Origin: Leucoraja erinacea
Taxonomy: Eukaryota
Direction: 5' to 3'
Assembly (NCBI RefSeq): GCF_028641065.1
Contig: NC_073406.1
Coordinates: 16,926,001 to 16,990,000, forward strand
Length of the DNA stretch: 64,000 nucleotides
Shown: piece by piece, positions 11,037-24,896 of the stretch
How the letters are laid out: each line of letters begins with the position of its first letter
Position numbering within the stretch: the first letter of the stretch is position 1
Made by a program: the position numbers and the translations under genes
The notes under the pieces: generated by a model
Databases searched by the model: none
The model's input: only the letters and a program-made list of their open reading frames with translations
Told to the model about the DNA's origin: nothing

Positions 11037-13371
11037 CTGAAAAAGAAAAAAAGGCACTAATGTTCAGAACAGAATTGGACAAACATGCGGCAATGTGCCC
11101 AATGACCCATCTTGCACAAAGAAGACTCAGCGACGACTGCGGGAGGCAAGTGGACAGTGCGTTTATGGTCAGTGTCTGCAGAGTAGGTTGCTTGGATTTG
11201 TCACCCACAGTAGCCAAAAGCATTGATCAGGTACAGCCTGCAGTGGCAGGGTAGGACACTGGCAGCATTGCTAGGCCAGGCCAATCCTTGTAACCCCGAC
11301 CCAGTGCTCCACCAAGATACAGGGCCATTATGGTCAAAGTAGGACTTTATACTGAAGGAGCCAAAATTGAAGGGTACAAGATGGCGCCGGAAACCTGGCA
11401 ACCCTGTTGTACTGCCTTGGTGATGTCTCGTATTTTCACACTACAATCATTGGACTTTTGTACCTATTTATGATAGTGGTAATGTACAGTATAACTTTAT
11501 TGAATAATATGCAAACCAAAGAATTTCACTGTAGCTAAGGTACATGTGAAAGTACCATTGAACAATTGGTTAGATTCAGAGTATGATTGGTGCAGAAAGC
11601 AAGCAGCGCACACTATTATTCTTGCACCCAGAAACAAGCAATTATCCTCCGAGCAGAGGCCACCATAAAATGCAAACAGATATCTGTTCTAATTTCTTAA
11701 ACATGACTTTAACCGAATAAAGTGGTCTAAGATGCTAAGCTGACCCTCAGGATATTGTTGACAAACAACAAAAATCAATCCAATAATAATCTATTTTATG
11801 TGTAGTATTCAGAACAAGTGCAGGCGACATCAGGAATGGTATCAAGGAACTTCAGAACTCGGACAGCCAAGTTGAGTTGCCTCTTCAAATGTATTTGTGA
11901 ACTCAACTGGTTTACATGATTAGCCATGTGGAAGACCAATTATCATAATTGCTCTCCACCCCAAAGCAGTTGAAAGAAATAATATTTAAACAAATTAAAG
12001 CAACAACCCACGAAAATCCATTTCACCAGTGGCAATAAGATACATTAAATAAACCACAACACTAACACAGAAAAGAAACAGGTCCAACCAGTCGATGTCG
12101 CCATCAATAACAGCATATTTCCATTCTCCCACCCCTTCATGTAATGACAATTGACAGCTAACACAAGCCAAAAGTGGATGAATGACCAAATTAGGGGATA
12201 CTCCAGAGAGCAGAATTTGAGGCTAACACAGCACCAGGGGTGACAGTCCTGATGATTAGAGGAGCTGAAGATTAAGAAGAGACCCAGGAAAGATTTAAAA
12301 ATAAGTATCTGCCCAACAAAGCTAGAACTGCTTCCTCGCAACTCCAATTCAATCCTGACCTCGGGTGCTGTGTTGGGAATTTGCAGTTCCTTCTGGGCAG
12401 TTGTGGATGACATAGAAATAGCAGCTAAATCTAAGCACAAGTGATAGGAAAGTGGAGAAAATAAAAATAGGATTAATGTACAGCACAAACAGATGTTTGA
12501 TGACGTGCAGCCACTCAGTGGGTTTTGAAAATTAAGGTGTTGCTCAATCAGGAACTTCTATTGGTCACTAAATATGGGGTGATTGACGATGATAGGGTGT
12601 TTAAGAAGGAACTGCAGATGCTGGAAAATCCAAGGTAGACAAAAATGTTGGAGAAACGCAGCGGGTGAGGCAGCATCTATAGAGCAAAGGAAAATAAGGG
12701 ACATTTCAGGTCAAGACCCTTCTTCAGATGATGATGGGTGTAGAACACAGGAATGAAGTGGATAAAGTCAAGTTCTTGGAAAGCAGTTATGGATGCCTCA
12801 AGAGTACACCAGATTTGTTGTAAAGATGCATAGATGAGAGTTCTAGCATCAACTGATTTAGGCATAGTCAAATGACAGATGGAAATATGGTCTTAGAGGT
12901 AGGAACAACAAGAATGCAACACTTGGGGGGAAATTTGCAAACAAGTTTCCAAATGAGCTAGTTTCAGACCACAAGAATGAAATTAGTAATGACAGAAAAA
13001 AAAACTGACAATATTAAATAAGAAAAGGGAATTCAGTCACAGGCTTAGCTGAATGATCTCATCAAATTAATATTGTAAGAAACACAAATATAGAAACCAA
13101 AAAAACTTGAAAGTAGAGTTCGGTGCAGATAAAACACCATAGTTAGACACAAAGGAAAGATTTACGGAAAGTGGATCATCTCTTACAATAATGAATTCAA
13201 GCTTGGCCCTCTGCAAAGAAACACTTAAGGGAAAATTAGACTTCTTATGGCATGGAAACCATCTAGGCTCCTATTCAGTGCCGAGTAATCCTGGATAGTA
13301 AGTAATAATGACAGCTGAGGAGGCTCCCTCATCCCTACCCCTATGACCCCACAAGAATTGTGAGATCCAAT

Positions 13372-13575
13372 AGACAATAGGTGCAGGAGTAGGGCATTCA
13401 GCCCTTCAATGTGATCATGGCTGATAATCCCCAATCAGTACCCCATTCCTGCCTTCTCCCCATATCCTCTGACTCTGTTATCTTTAAAAGCCCAATCTAG
13501 CTCTCTTGAAAGTATCCAGAGAATTGGTCTCCACTCCCCTCTGAGGCAGAGAATTTCAGACCCACAACTCTCTCC
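13372..13575 (-). mobile_element. CR1 3' end fragment
   Basis: Reverse complement of the CR1 3' UTR seen at 1680-1977. Confidence 0.75.
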
Positions 13576-14389
13576 AGTCAGACTTAATAACTAAACAAAC
13601 TGGACTTCAAAACAAAAATAAGAACTGTATGAGGGGAGTATCAAGATGAAGCATTGTATGAATACGGATGAAAGTAGCAAAAGTGAATGTGCAATGATGT
13701 TGCTTTATTATCACCAAAGGCACTGAAATACAGTGCAAAAGAAAACAGATCGCAGAAACAGAAAAAGTGCAAGGGACACACAAATTAGATTGGGAATTGA
13801 TCCTTAGTGTTGAGTGGAGTCAATAGCAATATGCTTAATTTCTTTAGACTTCTGAAGAGGGGCACAGGTGTGCAAGATAGGCTGAAGCATCAATCAATGA
13901 GGTTGGGGTAGGACAAATTGTTGGTGATATTGACTAAACACTTTTAGTCGCTGTAGCAAGTTTTTCAAAATGGAGGTTATTTTCAAAAGTTTCCTCCAAG
14001 TTATGCACAAGATTTCTGGGTGATTATCTTCAGACTTCACATTTCCTCCCTTCATAATTTTCAGGCACTTATAGGCTATTGCCATTTAGTTTTGAAGAGG
14101 ACAGAAAGCCAGCCTTCACTCCCAGCTTCAGTGTTGGAACTCATTTCTATTTATAAACCCACCATTTTTTTTTAATATGATCTGCAGCACACAATACTCT
14201 ACAACTCGTTCACCGTGCGATTACAGTAATCCAATGCTTAATCTGAATCCCAAGCCGACTGAACTCTGGGGACTGAACAGCCCATGATGCCCGAGGCAAT
14301 GTAATGTTGATCCGAGGGTGCCAATCTACCCCCACCCACCGAACAAAAAAATAAAAAATAAAACAAAAAAAAATAATTTTCAAGGTGCA

Positions 14390-15960
14390 GCACGTTGGGG
14401 CTGGCGCTGGGCAGACAGACAGGGTTTCACTTCGCAGCGCCGCCGCCAACTTTGCCGGGACAATGTGGAGGAGACGACGAGGGGGGATTGGAGTGGCGAG
14501 GGTGGCAGACCAGTCGGTCGGTCTCGGCCATCGGATCCGCTCCAGTTCCCCGACCCCGGGGGGGGGGGGTTTGGCGTTGGCGCCGTCCCGTCCCCAGCCC
14601 CGCGTCAAAGCCGAGGTGTTGTGGGGGTCGTGTCGGAATGGCGGCGAGCGAGTGAACGAGCGGGCTGCGGGGCTTGTGTCGCCGCTCCCCGCCCGCGGTG
14701 TTCGGGCTGGGGATGGACGGCCGGCGACAACACCCCAGTTGGAGGGGGGATCGGATGACGGCGGGGGCTGCGAGTCCTCGCCGTCGAACACCGCGGGTAG
14801 AGGCGGGTGCGCGCCTCAGGGGGCCGCGCGTGCCCGACTTCCCCCCCCCCCCCCCGCGCGCCTCCTCCCCTCTGTCCTCCACGCGGCCGGATGGGGGGGG
14901 CGCCCGTTTTCTTCTAACCGGTTGACAATCGGGGAGCGGGTTTGAAAACCAACGGCCGCCGCGGGTGGGGGGAGAGAGACGCGGGGGCGCGGGCGCGTCG
15001 CCGCCAATCAACCGCCAATTTACCCCCCCACCAAAACCCGTCCGAAAAAACCTCCTCCCACGGGCGGCGGCGAGAGGCGCCCGGCCCCAGGCCGCAGCAC
15101 GTGGCGGTGGGTGGTGAAGCCTCGCATGGCCGAGCCCGGGAGGCCTCGCTTCGTCGGTCGGTCGGTCCGTCGCCCGCCCCTCCCCTGTTGTCAATCCCAA
15201 GGGAAGGGGAGGAGGAGGGGGGAGGGGGTTGAGGGGAAGGGTCGCTCCGTCTCCTCCCCCCCCCCCCCCCCCCCCCGTTCCCCTCTCGCGGGCGGACGGT
15301 TGAGGTTTGAATGAGGCGCGAGCGCGGCCGTTAACGGCCATCCGCCCCTCCCCCACCCACCCGAGGTCGGTTTCAACCCCCTCCACACCCCGCACACACA
15401 CACACACAATCTTCTCCCTTCAACCGCCGTCCGCTCACCGATGACTTTCTTCTCCCCAGGGGACTTGGGCTTGTCTGGCTGTTGCTGCTGTTGCTGTTCG
15501 GGTTGCTGCTCTGTCTCGGCCTCGCTCATGGTGTTGTCAGGCTGTGTATGGTGGTGCGGCTCGGGCCGGTCTGAGGTGGGGGCTCCTGCGCTCTCTCCGC
15601 TCTTTCTTCTCTCTTTCCCTCTTGCTGAAAGAACATGGCTGGGCTCTCGCGAGAATTTCAATTAAATACCGCGCCGGGGCCCGCCCCCCGGCCGGCCACT
15701 GATTGGCTGCCCCGGCCGTCGGCCCATCGCTGGTTGGTCGACGCCGCCGTCCGTCACAGCCTCCTGGAGCCCCACATTCCAAGGGTAACGGACGCGATTG
15801 GGTGTTCCACGGCACCGCACGCTGCCCATTGGAACGCCCGCACGTCAATCACCGCCGGCCGAGGCGGACTTGTCCCCCCCCCCACGGTCCATTGGCCTCT
15901 GGGCAACTGTCACCTGGGTGGGCGGGCAGGTGAGCCGCTGTCACTTACTCTGCAGGCTCA
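14390..15960. promoter_or_regulatory. YBX1 CpG island/promoter with CCAAT boxes, TCTCGCGAGA element and GC boxes
   Basis: GC- and CpG-rich block spanning exon 1; ATTGG at 15702, 15797, 15828, 15891; TCTCGCGAGA at 15645-15654; TATTTAAT (minus) at 15661-15668. Confidence 0.85.
15439..15529 (-). CDS. YBX1: Y-box binding protein 1, coding exon 1 (MSEAETEQQPEQQQQQQPDKPKSPGEKKVI)
   Basis: ATG at 15529 in ACCATG context; MSEAET start and KKVI end match the YB-1 N-terminus; GTGAG donor, phase 1; lies in a CpG island. Confidence 0.93.
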
Positions 15961-16289
15961 CGTCCACAATACTACACTGCTGTCCACTGTGTAGGTAGGG
16001 ATAACAGGACCGGTATGAACAGGTGCACCGTTATTGTTCGTTTTTAAGTATGTGTTTGCTTGTATGTGTGTCACAAAGTGCTGGAGTAACTCAGCGGGTG
16101 AGGCAGCATCTCTGGAGAGAAGAAATGGGCGACGTTTCGGGTCGCGACCCTTCTTCAGAATCTGTGATTCCTTGTGTCCGTATGTGTATGTATATGGGTG
16201 TGTATATGTATATATATGTGTGCGTGTGCATGCGTATGTGCGCGTTTGTGTGTGCCTGTCTGTATGGATATGTGTCTACATATATAGAT

Positions 16290-18285
16290 TTAAGAGAGTT
16301 TATTGTCATGTGTCCCAGATAATACAATAAAATTCCTGCTTTGCACAATAGAATATTGCAAGCAGAAATAATGCAGAACAGATCAGTGTGTCCATATACC
16401 ATTGAATATATATATATATATATATATGTATACACACAAATAAATAAACATATAAAGTGCAGTAGGCTAATTAAAGTTCAGATTTTGTTTGAGTTATGTT
16501 TAATAATCTGATGGCTGTGGGGAAGTAGCTATTCCTGAACCTGGTTGTTGCCGATTTCAGGCTCTTGTACCTTCTACCTGAAGGCAGTGGAGAGATGAGT
16601 GTGTGGCCAGGATGGTGTGGGTCCTTGATGATGCTGCCAGCCTTTTTGAGGCAGCAACTGTGATAGATCCCCTCGATGGTAGGCAGATGATGGACTGGGC
16701 AGTGTTTACAACTTTTTGCAGTCTTTTCCGTTCCTGGGTGGACAAGTTGCCGAACCAAGCCACGATGCAAACGGTCAGCATGCTCTCTATTGTGCACCTG
16801 TAGAAGTTAGAGAGAGTCCTCCTCGACATACCGACTCTCCGTAATCTTCTCAGGAGGTAGAGGCGCTGATGTGCTTTATGATTGCATCATTGTTCTGGGA
16901 CCAGGAGAGATCTTCGGAAATATGAACGCCCAGGAATTTGAAGCTCTTGACCCTTTCCACCATCGACCCGTTGATATAAACGGGGCTATGGGTCCCCATC
17001 CCACCCCTTCCAAAGTCCACAATCAGTTCCTTGGTTTTGCTGGTTTTGAGAACCAGGTTATTGTGCTGGCACCATTTGGTCAGTCGGTCGATCTCACTTC
17101 TATACTCTGACTCGTCTCCATCAGTGATACGTCCCACAACAGTGGTGTCGTCGGCGAACTTGATGATGGAGTTTTCCCTATGACGGCTACGCAGTCATGG
17201 GTATAGAGTGAGTACAGCAGGGGGCTGAGCATGCAGCCTTGAGGTGCTTCCGTGCTGATTGTTATCGAGATGACACATTTCCACCAATGCGAACAGACTG
17301 TGGTCTGTGAATGAGGAAGTCGAGGATCCAATTACAGAGGGATGTGCAGAGAACCAGTTCTGAGAGCTTGGTAACCAGCTTGTAGGGGATGATTGTATTA
17401 AATGCCGAGCTGTAGTCAATGAATAACAGCCTGGCATATGAGTTTTTGTTGTCCAAGTGGTCCAGAGCGTAGTGGAGAGCCAGCGAGATTGCATCCACCG
17501 TTGATCTGTTGTGGCGGTAATTGAACTGCAGTGGATCCAGGTTTTTGTCGAGGTATGAGTTGATTTGTGCCATGATCAGCCTCTAAAAGCACTTCATCAC
17601 CTCAGACATTAGTGCCACTGGTCGATAGTCATTGAGGCACGTCACCTTGCTCTTCTTGGGCACCGGTATTATTGATCAGTTTACTATATTATTATACAAT
17701 CAGGTCCAGGCGCTTTCCGAGGGTTCACCCCTCGGGAGGATTTTCTGACGTCGACCTCTGTGACTGTGACTGAAAAACCATCACGGCGAATGGGGGCTCG
17801 GGAAGGCACATCAGTATTCTCTCTATCAAAACGTGCATAGAATGTATTGAGCTCGTCAGGGAGTAATGAATGCTTTGCTGACATTTGAGCTGCCTCCTGA
17901 TTTCGCCTTGTAGGAAGTTATGGTATTCAAGCCCGGCCACAGTTGCCAAACATCCGTCGCATCCTCCAGCTTGGAGCAAAAGTGTCTTTTGGCCTTTTTG
18001 ATGGCCTTACCAAGGTCGTATCTGGACTTCTTGTAGACCTCCGTATCTTCGGACATGAATGCCCAGTGTCTGGTCTTCAGAAGAGCGCGCGCGGATCTCA
18101 TAGTTCATCCAAGGCGTCTGATTGGGAAACACTCGGAAGAAATTTATTGGGATCCGGTCCTCCACGCATTTCTTTATGAAGTCTGTAACGACTGTGGCGT
18201 ATTCATTCAGGTCCATTGCCGAGTCCCTGAACATTGCCCAGTCTACAGACTCCAAACAGTCCTCATTGTACTTCCTCTTTTCCCA
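16290..18285 (-). mobile_element. Rex1/Babar-type (L2-group) LINE, 5'-truncated, frameshifted RT
   Basis: Peptides [58 protein letters not shown] in several frames. Confidence 0.9.
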
Positions 18286-18304
18286 ACTTGACACCATTCA
18301 TATA

Positions 18305-19365
18305 ATAATCTGCCTTCCAGTTTTTGCCACCTCACATTTATCCACATTAAACTGCATCTGTCATGCATCTGCCCACTAATCCAACCTGTCCAAGTAACCC
18401 TGCATCATCATAGCACCCTCTTCACAGTTCACATTGCCACCCAGCTTTGTGTCATCTGCAAATCTGCTAATGTTACTTTTAATCCCTTCATCTAAATCAT
18501 TAATGTATATTGTAAATAGCTGCAGTCCCAGCACCGACCCTTGCGGTACCCCACTAGTCACTGCCTGCCATTCTGAAAGGGACCCGTTAATCCCTACTCT
18601 TTGTTTCCTGTCTGCCAACCAATTTTCTATCCATGTCAATACCCTAACCCCAATACTATGTGCTCTAATTTTGCCCACTAATCTCCTGTGTGGGACCTTA
18701 TAAAAGGCTTTCTGATAGTCCAGATACACTAACATCCACTGGCTCTCCCTTGTTCATTTTCCTAGTTCCATACTCAAAACATTCCGGAAGATTAGTCAAG
18801 CAGGATTTCCCCTTCGTAAATCCATGCTGACTCGGACCGATCCTGTTACCGCTATCCAAATATGCCGCTATTTTCATCTTTTATAATTGACTCCAGCATC
18901 TTCCCCACCACCGATGTCAGGCGAACTGGTCTATAATTCCCTGTTTTCTCTCTCCCGCCTTTCTTAAAAAGTAGGATAACATTAGCTACCCTCCAATTCA
19001 CAGGAATTGATCTTGAATCTTTGGAACGCTGGAAAATGATCACCAATGCGTCCACGATTTCTAGAGCCACTTCCTTAAGTACCCTGGGATACAGACCATC
19101 AGGCCCTGGGGATTTATCAGCGTTCAGTCCCATCAGTCTACCCAACACCATTTCCTGCCTAATGTGAATTTCTTTCAGTTCCTCTGTCACCCTAGGTCCT
19201 TTGGCCACTAGTACATCTGGGAGATTGTTTGTGTCTTCCTTAGTGAAGACAGAAGACTATTTTTTTTCCTCTTCACATACCTAAAGAAGCTTTTACTATC
19301 CTCCTCTATATTCTTGGCTAGCTTACCTTCATGCCTTACCTTGCATCTTTTCTCCCCGTTTTGCC
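18305..19365 (-). mobile_element. CR1-clade LINE RT fragment
   Basis: KSPGPDGLYPRVLKE, NYRPVRLTSVVGK, YLDYQKAFYKVPH, GVPQGSVLG, FADDTKL. Confidence 0.92.
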
Positions 19366-21049
19366 TATGAAACATGATCTATCCATATTGAGAGATGCAG
19401 CCTGATCTGCTGAGTTACTCCACTCTGGTCTTTTTTGTCTTCTTGTACTGCAAGTCTGATTTAAGCACGACCAGTTCAAAAAACGTTTGGTTATCCAGGT
19501 GTGGTAAAATAATGTTATTGAAAGAATGCCACCTTGATCGCATAGTCATAGAATCATTAAAATGTATGATGCCAAAATGGATGTCCAAGAATCAGTTACT
19601 GGACTCATAAAAACATCTTCTACACCCATCATTATTTCCCCTCCATCACAATTAACAGGGCTCTGAACCATCTCCATTCCATTTTCTGTTCTCACGCAAA
19701 GCCTTTCTCATCCAGGACAAGGATAGGTTCACAATGTCTGCCCTACTATCAGGCAAGGATAGGTTCCAACAAACTGCTGGAGGAACTCAGCAAGTCGAGC
19801 AATATTTGTGGAGGGAAATGGACAGTCGACGTTTTGGGTCGGGATCCTTCATCTGGACTGCTTAGGAAAGGTTCCCAATGTCGACCCTACCAATCACCAC
19901 CTTCAATGGATCACATTCTGTAATAACTCCACCATCAATGTGAAACCATCAGTCGAACACATTTCAAACAGGGCTTTCCCTCAACGGTTCACTGATATCC
20001 ATCATTATCCATTCATAGAATCGTACATCCATGTAGATCAGAAAAAGGCCCTTGTTTCTCATACAGCACCTTCCATTGCAACTCTTCACTTTCCCTCTTG
20101 CCTTCTCACCATCCCAAACATTTATTTTCTATTTTATCATATCTTGAATTTCACTCTAAATTCTTAACCACAATTCCCCTCATTATGTCATTCCCTTCTT
20201 TCTGAAATATATGGTCATCATTTTGAATCATACCTATGATTTCTATACTCAAATTATATTTGTGATCCCTAAAAAACTATGTTTTTCCTATTGTTCTTCT
20301 TATGCTGTTTGTGAAATATGTTTGCTTATTTGTTTTTTAACCATTTTTAAACCATCTTTGATTTCCCACTTCCAAGTTTAATTTCACTTACACTCTCTGC
20401 ATTTTGTAAAACTTTCTGCAGCATTGTGCTCCCTACATTTGACATGTGCTTTCTATTTAGTACAGTCCTCAAAATCCAGGTGTTTTAGATTTGGGAGGTC
20501 CACATCCCTTGGAATTAAAAGGTTTGCCTTTACTATTGTATCCTTGACACCATCAAGTAGTGGTTTCCGGTTTAGTTTTACTACAATTCTTCACAGCATA
20601 CTCTGAATAAAGTTGAGAAGAATTAATATATCTTTGAAATATTCTCAGTTAAACATGTTCAAATTATTATTATCAGCAAACTGTTTGCTTCTATTTGACA
20701 TAATTTCCTAAAATCTAGAACCGGCCCCCTTTCTAGTTGCTAAGTTGCTAAGTACTAATTTAAAATGTTCTCTTGAGTACTTCAGACACAGGGAATGAAG
20801 GGGTATACCCCTTCAGAGCATGTGCTGGCAGATGAGATTAATTTATTTTGGCATCATGTTCGGCACTGCTATTGTGGGCCGAAGGGCCTGTTCTGCAACC
20901 ATGCCGTTCTGCGTTCTATCTCGAAATGCTGACCACTTATTACTCTTAAACCATTAAACCATCATGGAAGGCTGAATCCTTCTAAAATTACCGTCCTTTC
21001 GTTTTCGAACCTGCTAAAATTGACGTTTGCTCTGTCAAGCTTAACAAGC

Positions 21050-21600
21050 TAGACACTGTTAAACAATGATGAGATGGCATACAGAATGGAGATAGGGAGC
21101 TTAGTAACATGGTGTCAAGATAACAACCTCTCCCTCGATGTCAGCAAAATGAAGGAGCTAGTCATCGACCAGGAGTGGGGTGGAAAACGTGCCCGTCTGC
21201 TTCAATGGCACTGAAATGAAGATAGTCAAATTATTGAAGGTTACTATCACCACAATCGACCTAGTTCAACTATATTGATGAATGGCCAGGAAACACTACT
21301 TCCTCAGAAAAGTAAGGAAATTCAGCATATTCCCAGTACTCAGCAATTTCTATGGAAAGCTTTGGAGTGCATCGCTTTCATAGGAATGCACCGCAGCTTG
21401 GTTGGGCATCTCCTCTGCCCAAGAATCTGCAGAAAGCAGTGCAGCCCAGTGGAACCAAAATAATCAAGACCCACTCAAATCCCCGGTCATTCCCTCTTCT
21501 GCTCTCTCCCGTCGGGAAGAAGATATAAAACCTTAAAAGCACACACTACTAGATTCAAGAACAGCTACTGTTATCAGCCTCTTCAATAGACTTCTTGTAT
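21050..21600 (+). mobile_element. Degenerate Rex/Babar LINE 3' fragment
   Basis: WCQDNNLSLDVSKMKELVID and LPSGRRY-like stretches. Confidence 0.7.
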
Positions 21601-21667
21601 ACCAAGGATGTATTCCAGATCTACCAACCTACCTCGTTATAGCCCCAGCACATTGTTTTCTTTTGAC

Positions 21668-21950
21668 TTTAGAGATACAGCATGGAGACAAGCTCTTTGG
21701 CCCACCGACTCTGCACCGATCACGAATCACCGCATACTTTAACAATAACCTACGCACTAGAGACAATTTACAATTTACAGAAGCCACTTAACCTACAAAC
21801 CTGTACATCTTTGGAGTGTGGGAGGAAACCGGAGCACCCGGAGAAACCCATGCGGTCACAGGGAGAATGTACAAGCTCCATACAGACATTCTATGATCAG
21901 GATCGAACCCGGGTCTCTGGTGCTCTAATGCACAACACTACCACTGTGCT
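21668..21950 (-). mobile_element. tRNA-derived V-SINE/HE1-like SINE
   Basis: GTGGGAGGAAACCGGAGCACCCGGAG core; B-box GGTTCGATCC on minus. Confidence 0.75.
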
Positions 21951-24896
21951 GCACTCTGCACTTTCTTTGTAACTGTAACATTTTATACTGTACTCTTGTT
22001 TATTTTTTCTTTTGTACTACCTGATGTATGGTGCGATCTGTCTGGATAGTATGCGAAAAAACATTCACTATATCTCTGTACTCATGACAATAATAAACCA
22101 TTGCAGTTCTTAATTTGTGAATGGTTTCCGAAGATTGGTTTCCCATTACTAAATTCCAGGTCTGCTCTACATTCCCATTCTCCACCTCTTACTTTTCTTG
22201 CAAATTTCTATCTAATCTTTTTGATAGATTCAAGGGATAAGCTTCAGCCAAGGCCACATAACACATATCTAAAGGCAAAACCGTTCAACTCATATGCAAA
22301 GGGGCCCTTGCAAAATTTAAATAAAGGGGGTTGATACATGAATAGCAATGAAGTGGGATGATGGTTAGAATTTTACACTACCTTTCATTGGATCTTCACA
22401 AAATGGATCACCTCTCCTCTGAATTTTGAACTGGTCTCAGAGATCTGCAGTGCCCTCTTGAAAGATGAAGTAAACTCAGTGCGTGATATATGCTCACCCA
22501 AAGATCCTCTGTGACAGCATAGTCACATGAAGTATGACATAGCTTTCATGACCCTGAAATGAATCTCAAATTGGAGAAGTTTCTGATGTTTGAAAATAAA
22601 TCAGGGTTTTTTTTCATAGTTACTCACATAGGATGTAGGCTTCATTGGCAATGCCAGCCTTTATTGTCCATTCCTAATTGCCCCTGAATTGGAAGGCAAT
22701 TAGAATCAGATACTGCGATGCTGCTGGATAAATGTAGATAGGTCAGGTCAGGTAAGGAAATAGCCATGAATGGCTATAATAAACTTAATTGAAATAACAG
22801 CAATCCATGTAATTGCAATGGGAGTCACTTGGGAATTTTCATTGATGGAAATTTGTAGACATGCCCGGCATTTGTCCTGATTGCTCCAGAGAAGGTGATG
22901 GGGAACTGTCATCTTAAATAACATGAAGCAATGATTCAAATGAGTGGCTACAGTTCAGATACAAGGTCAGCCACATTGCTGCGGGGTCTGGAGTGGCACA
23001 CAGGCCAGACTGGGCGAGGATTACAATTTTCCCACAGGATTCTGGTGAACCAGAGAAGTGTTCACAAAAAAAAATAAACTAACTGCTAGAGGAACTCAGT
23101 GGGCCAAGCAGTATCTGTGGCAGGAAATGGACAGAATGTTTCAGGTGGGGACCATTCTTTAGACTAGCATTTACAACAGAATGGTGTTTTGTCATTACAT
23201 AGAACACAGAAATGTACAGCACAGGAACAGATCCTTCAGCCCACAATATCCCTGCCAAGCAATATCCCTCCAGTCCTCTCTCTGCACATGATCCATATCC
23301 CTCCAATCCCTGCATATCCATGTAGGCATCGAGAAGCCTTGTATCTGCTATTATATCTGGGTAAACCACCACCCCAGGCCACCCACCACACCCACCAAGC
23401 AAAAATGCTTGCCCCGCACATCTGCAAAAACCTTCTGCTCTCACATTTAAGCTATACTCTCTAGTCCTCATCATTTCAACACTGGGGGAAAAAGATCCTG
23501 CTCTACAACATAGACAGTTTATTTACACAAATTCAAACCTCCTTGATGCCCCAAGGTATTTCCTTATTTAGAGTATTGCCAGATATCGAATTACAAATAC
23601 GGGTTTTGTCAACTTTCTGTAGTACTATTTTTACTGGGTTCCATATTTACATTCTGGGAGTGGTGTATGAATGATATCAAGTCATGGACATTAGGATATG
23701 CAGATTACTGTGTTATACTTTGACCATTCACTTCCTCGAACTTTACAACAGGCACGTACAGATCATCAAGTTTAAAACGATCCTTTGTTCCAAAAGCTAA
23801 AGCATTATGATTCACTCTTGAATGTAGTCTGTTATGGAAGGAATTAGGGAAAGGCAAAATGCCCGGGGGGGGGGGGGGGGGATTTCAGTGGATCAGGCAG
23901 CATCTGTGGATGCATAGGGATGGTCAACATTTTGGGTCGAGACCCTGCATCAGGACTGAAAGTGTAGAGGGGAAGTAGCCAGTGTAAAGGGATGAGGGGA
24001 GGTAAATTATGGCAAGTGATAGGTGGAACAAGTTGTGCAGTGGGGGGGGGGGGGGGGGGGGGGGGGGGGAAAAAACAGAGGCTGATGGTGAGAGGTTGAG
24101 ACAATAGGGAAAAAAAGTCAGGTGGTGCCGTGTTGTGGGCGGGAGGGGGAAAGGACAGTGAGAGGGTAGAAGGTGACCGATAAAACCAGATAAGGGAGGG
24201 ATGATGGCAGAAGGAACCAGCAGGGAAGGGGATTGGAGGTGGACCAAGAGAGAGGAACCTTGGTGAGTAGGAACTGCACTTGTTGGAATCACGAGCAAAT
24301 CACAAAGTTCTGGAGGAACTCAGCAGGTTAGGCGGCATGTGTGGAAGAAATGGAGAGACAACGTTTCAGATCAGGACCTTTCTTTGGATTGTTCTTCCCC
24401 GTAATCACAAAGCCTCCATTGTGACATGATGACAAACATTGATCATTTCTATTTAACTCCACAAAGCTGTCACGGTAAGACATGATTAATGGTTTGAAAG
24501 CAAAAGACACTGCAAATCTGAAATAAAAACAGAAAAAGCAGGAAATAGTCAGCATTTGTGTAGAGGAAACCAGGGTTAATATCTGGGGTTTGTCCGTTTC
24601 CTCCATAAATGGTGCCTGATGTGTTGTTTCTCCAGCACTTTGTGTTTTGCCCAGGTAGCTAGATGTCATTTGCATTCTTTAAGAACAAATCTCTTGTTCC
24701 GGAAACACTAGGAGATGGAAAATTGCCAGGAAACTGGGAGCAGAGGCTGCCAATTGCCATCACCATGCAAATTTTGTAGCACAAGGACAATCACTATACA
24801 TCACCGCAATGAAGGAAGTTTAAATTCTCCGTATTACTAATTAGAGATTTCTGGAAAAAGTCATCTTCAAGTGACTCTTCCTCTCAATCAACTTTG

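Noticed and set aside
11377-11390. YY1-like motif AAGATGGCGCC in YBX1 intron 1
   Set aside because: Appears to lie within an interspersed repeat fragment; a single motif gives no support for function
14210-15407. Long ORFs (193, 186, 326 aa) in YBX1 intron 1
   Set aside because: Low-complexity G/P/R/A translations caused by stop-codon scarcity in a CpG island; overlapping on both strands; no recognisable domain
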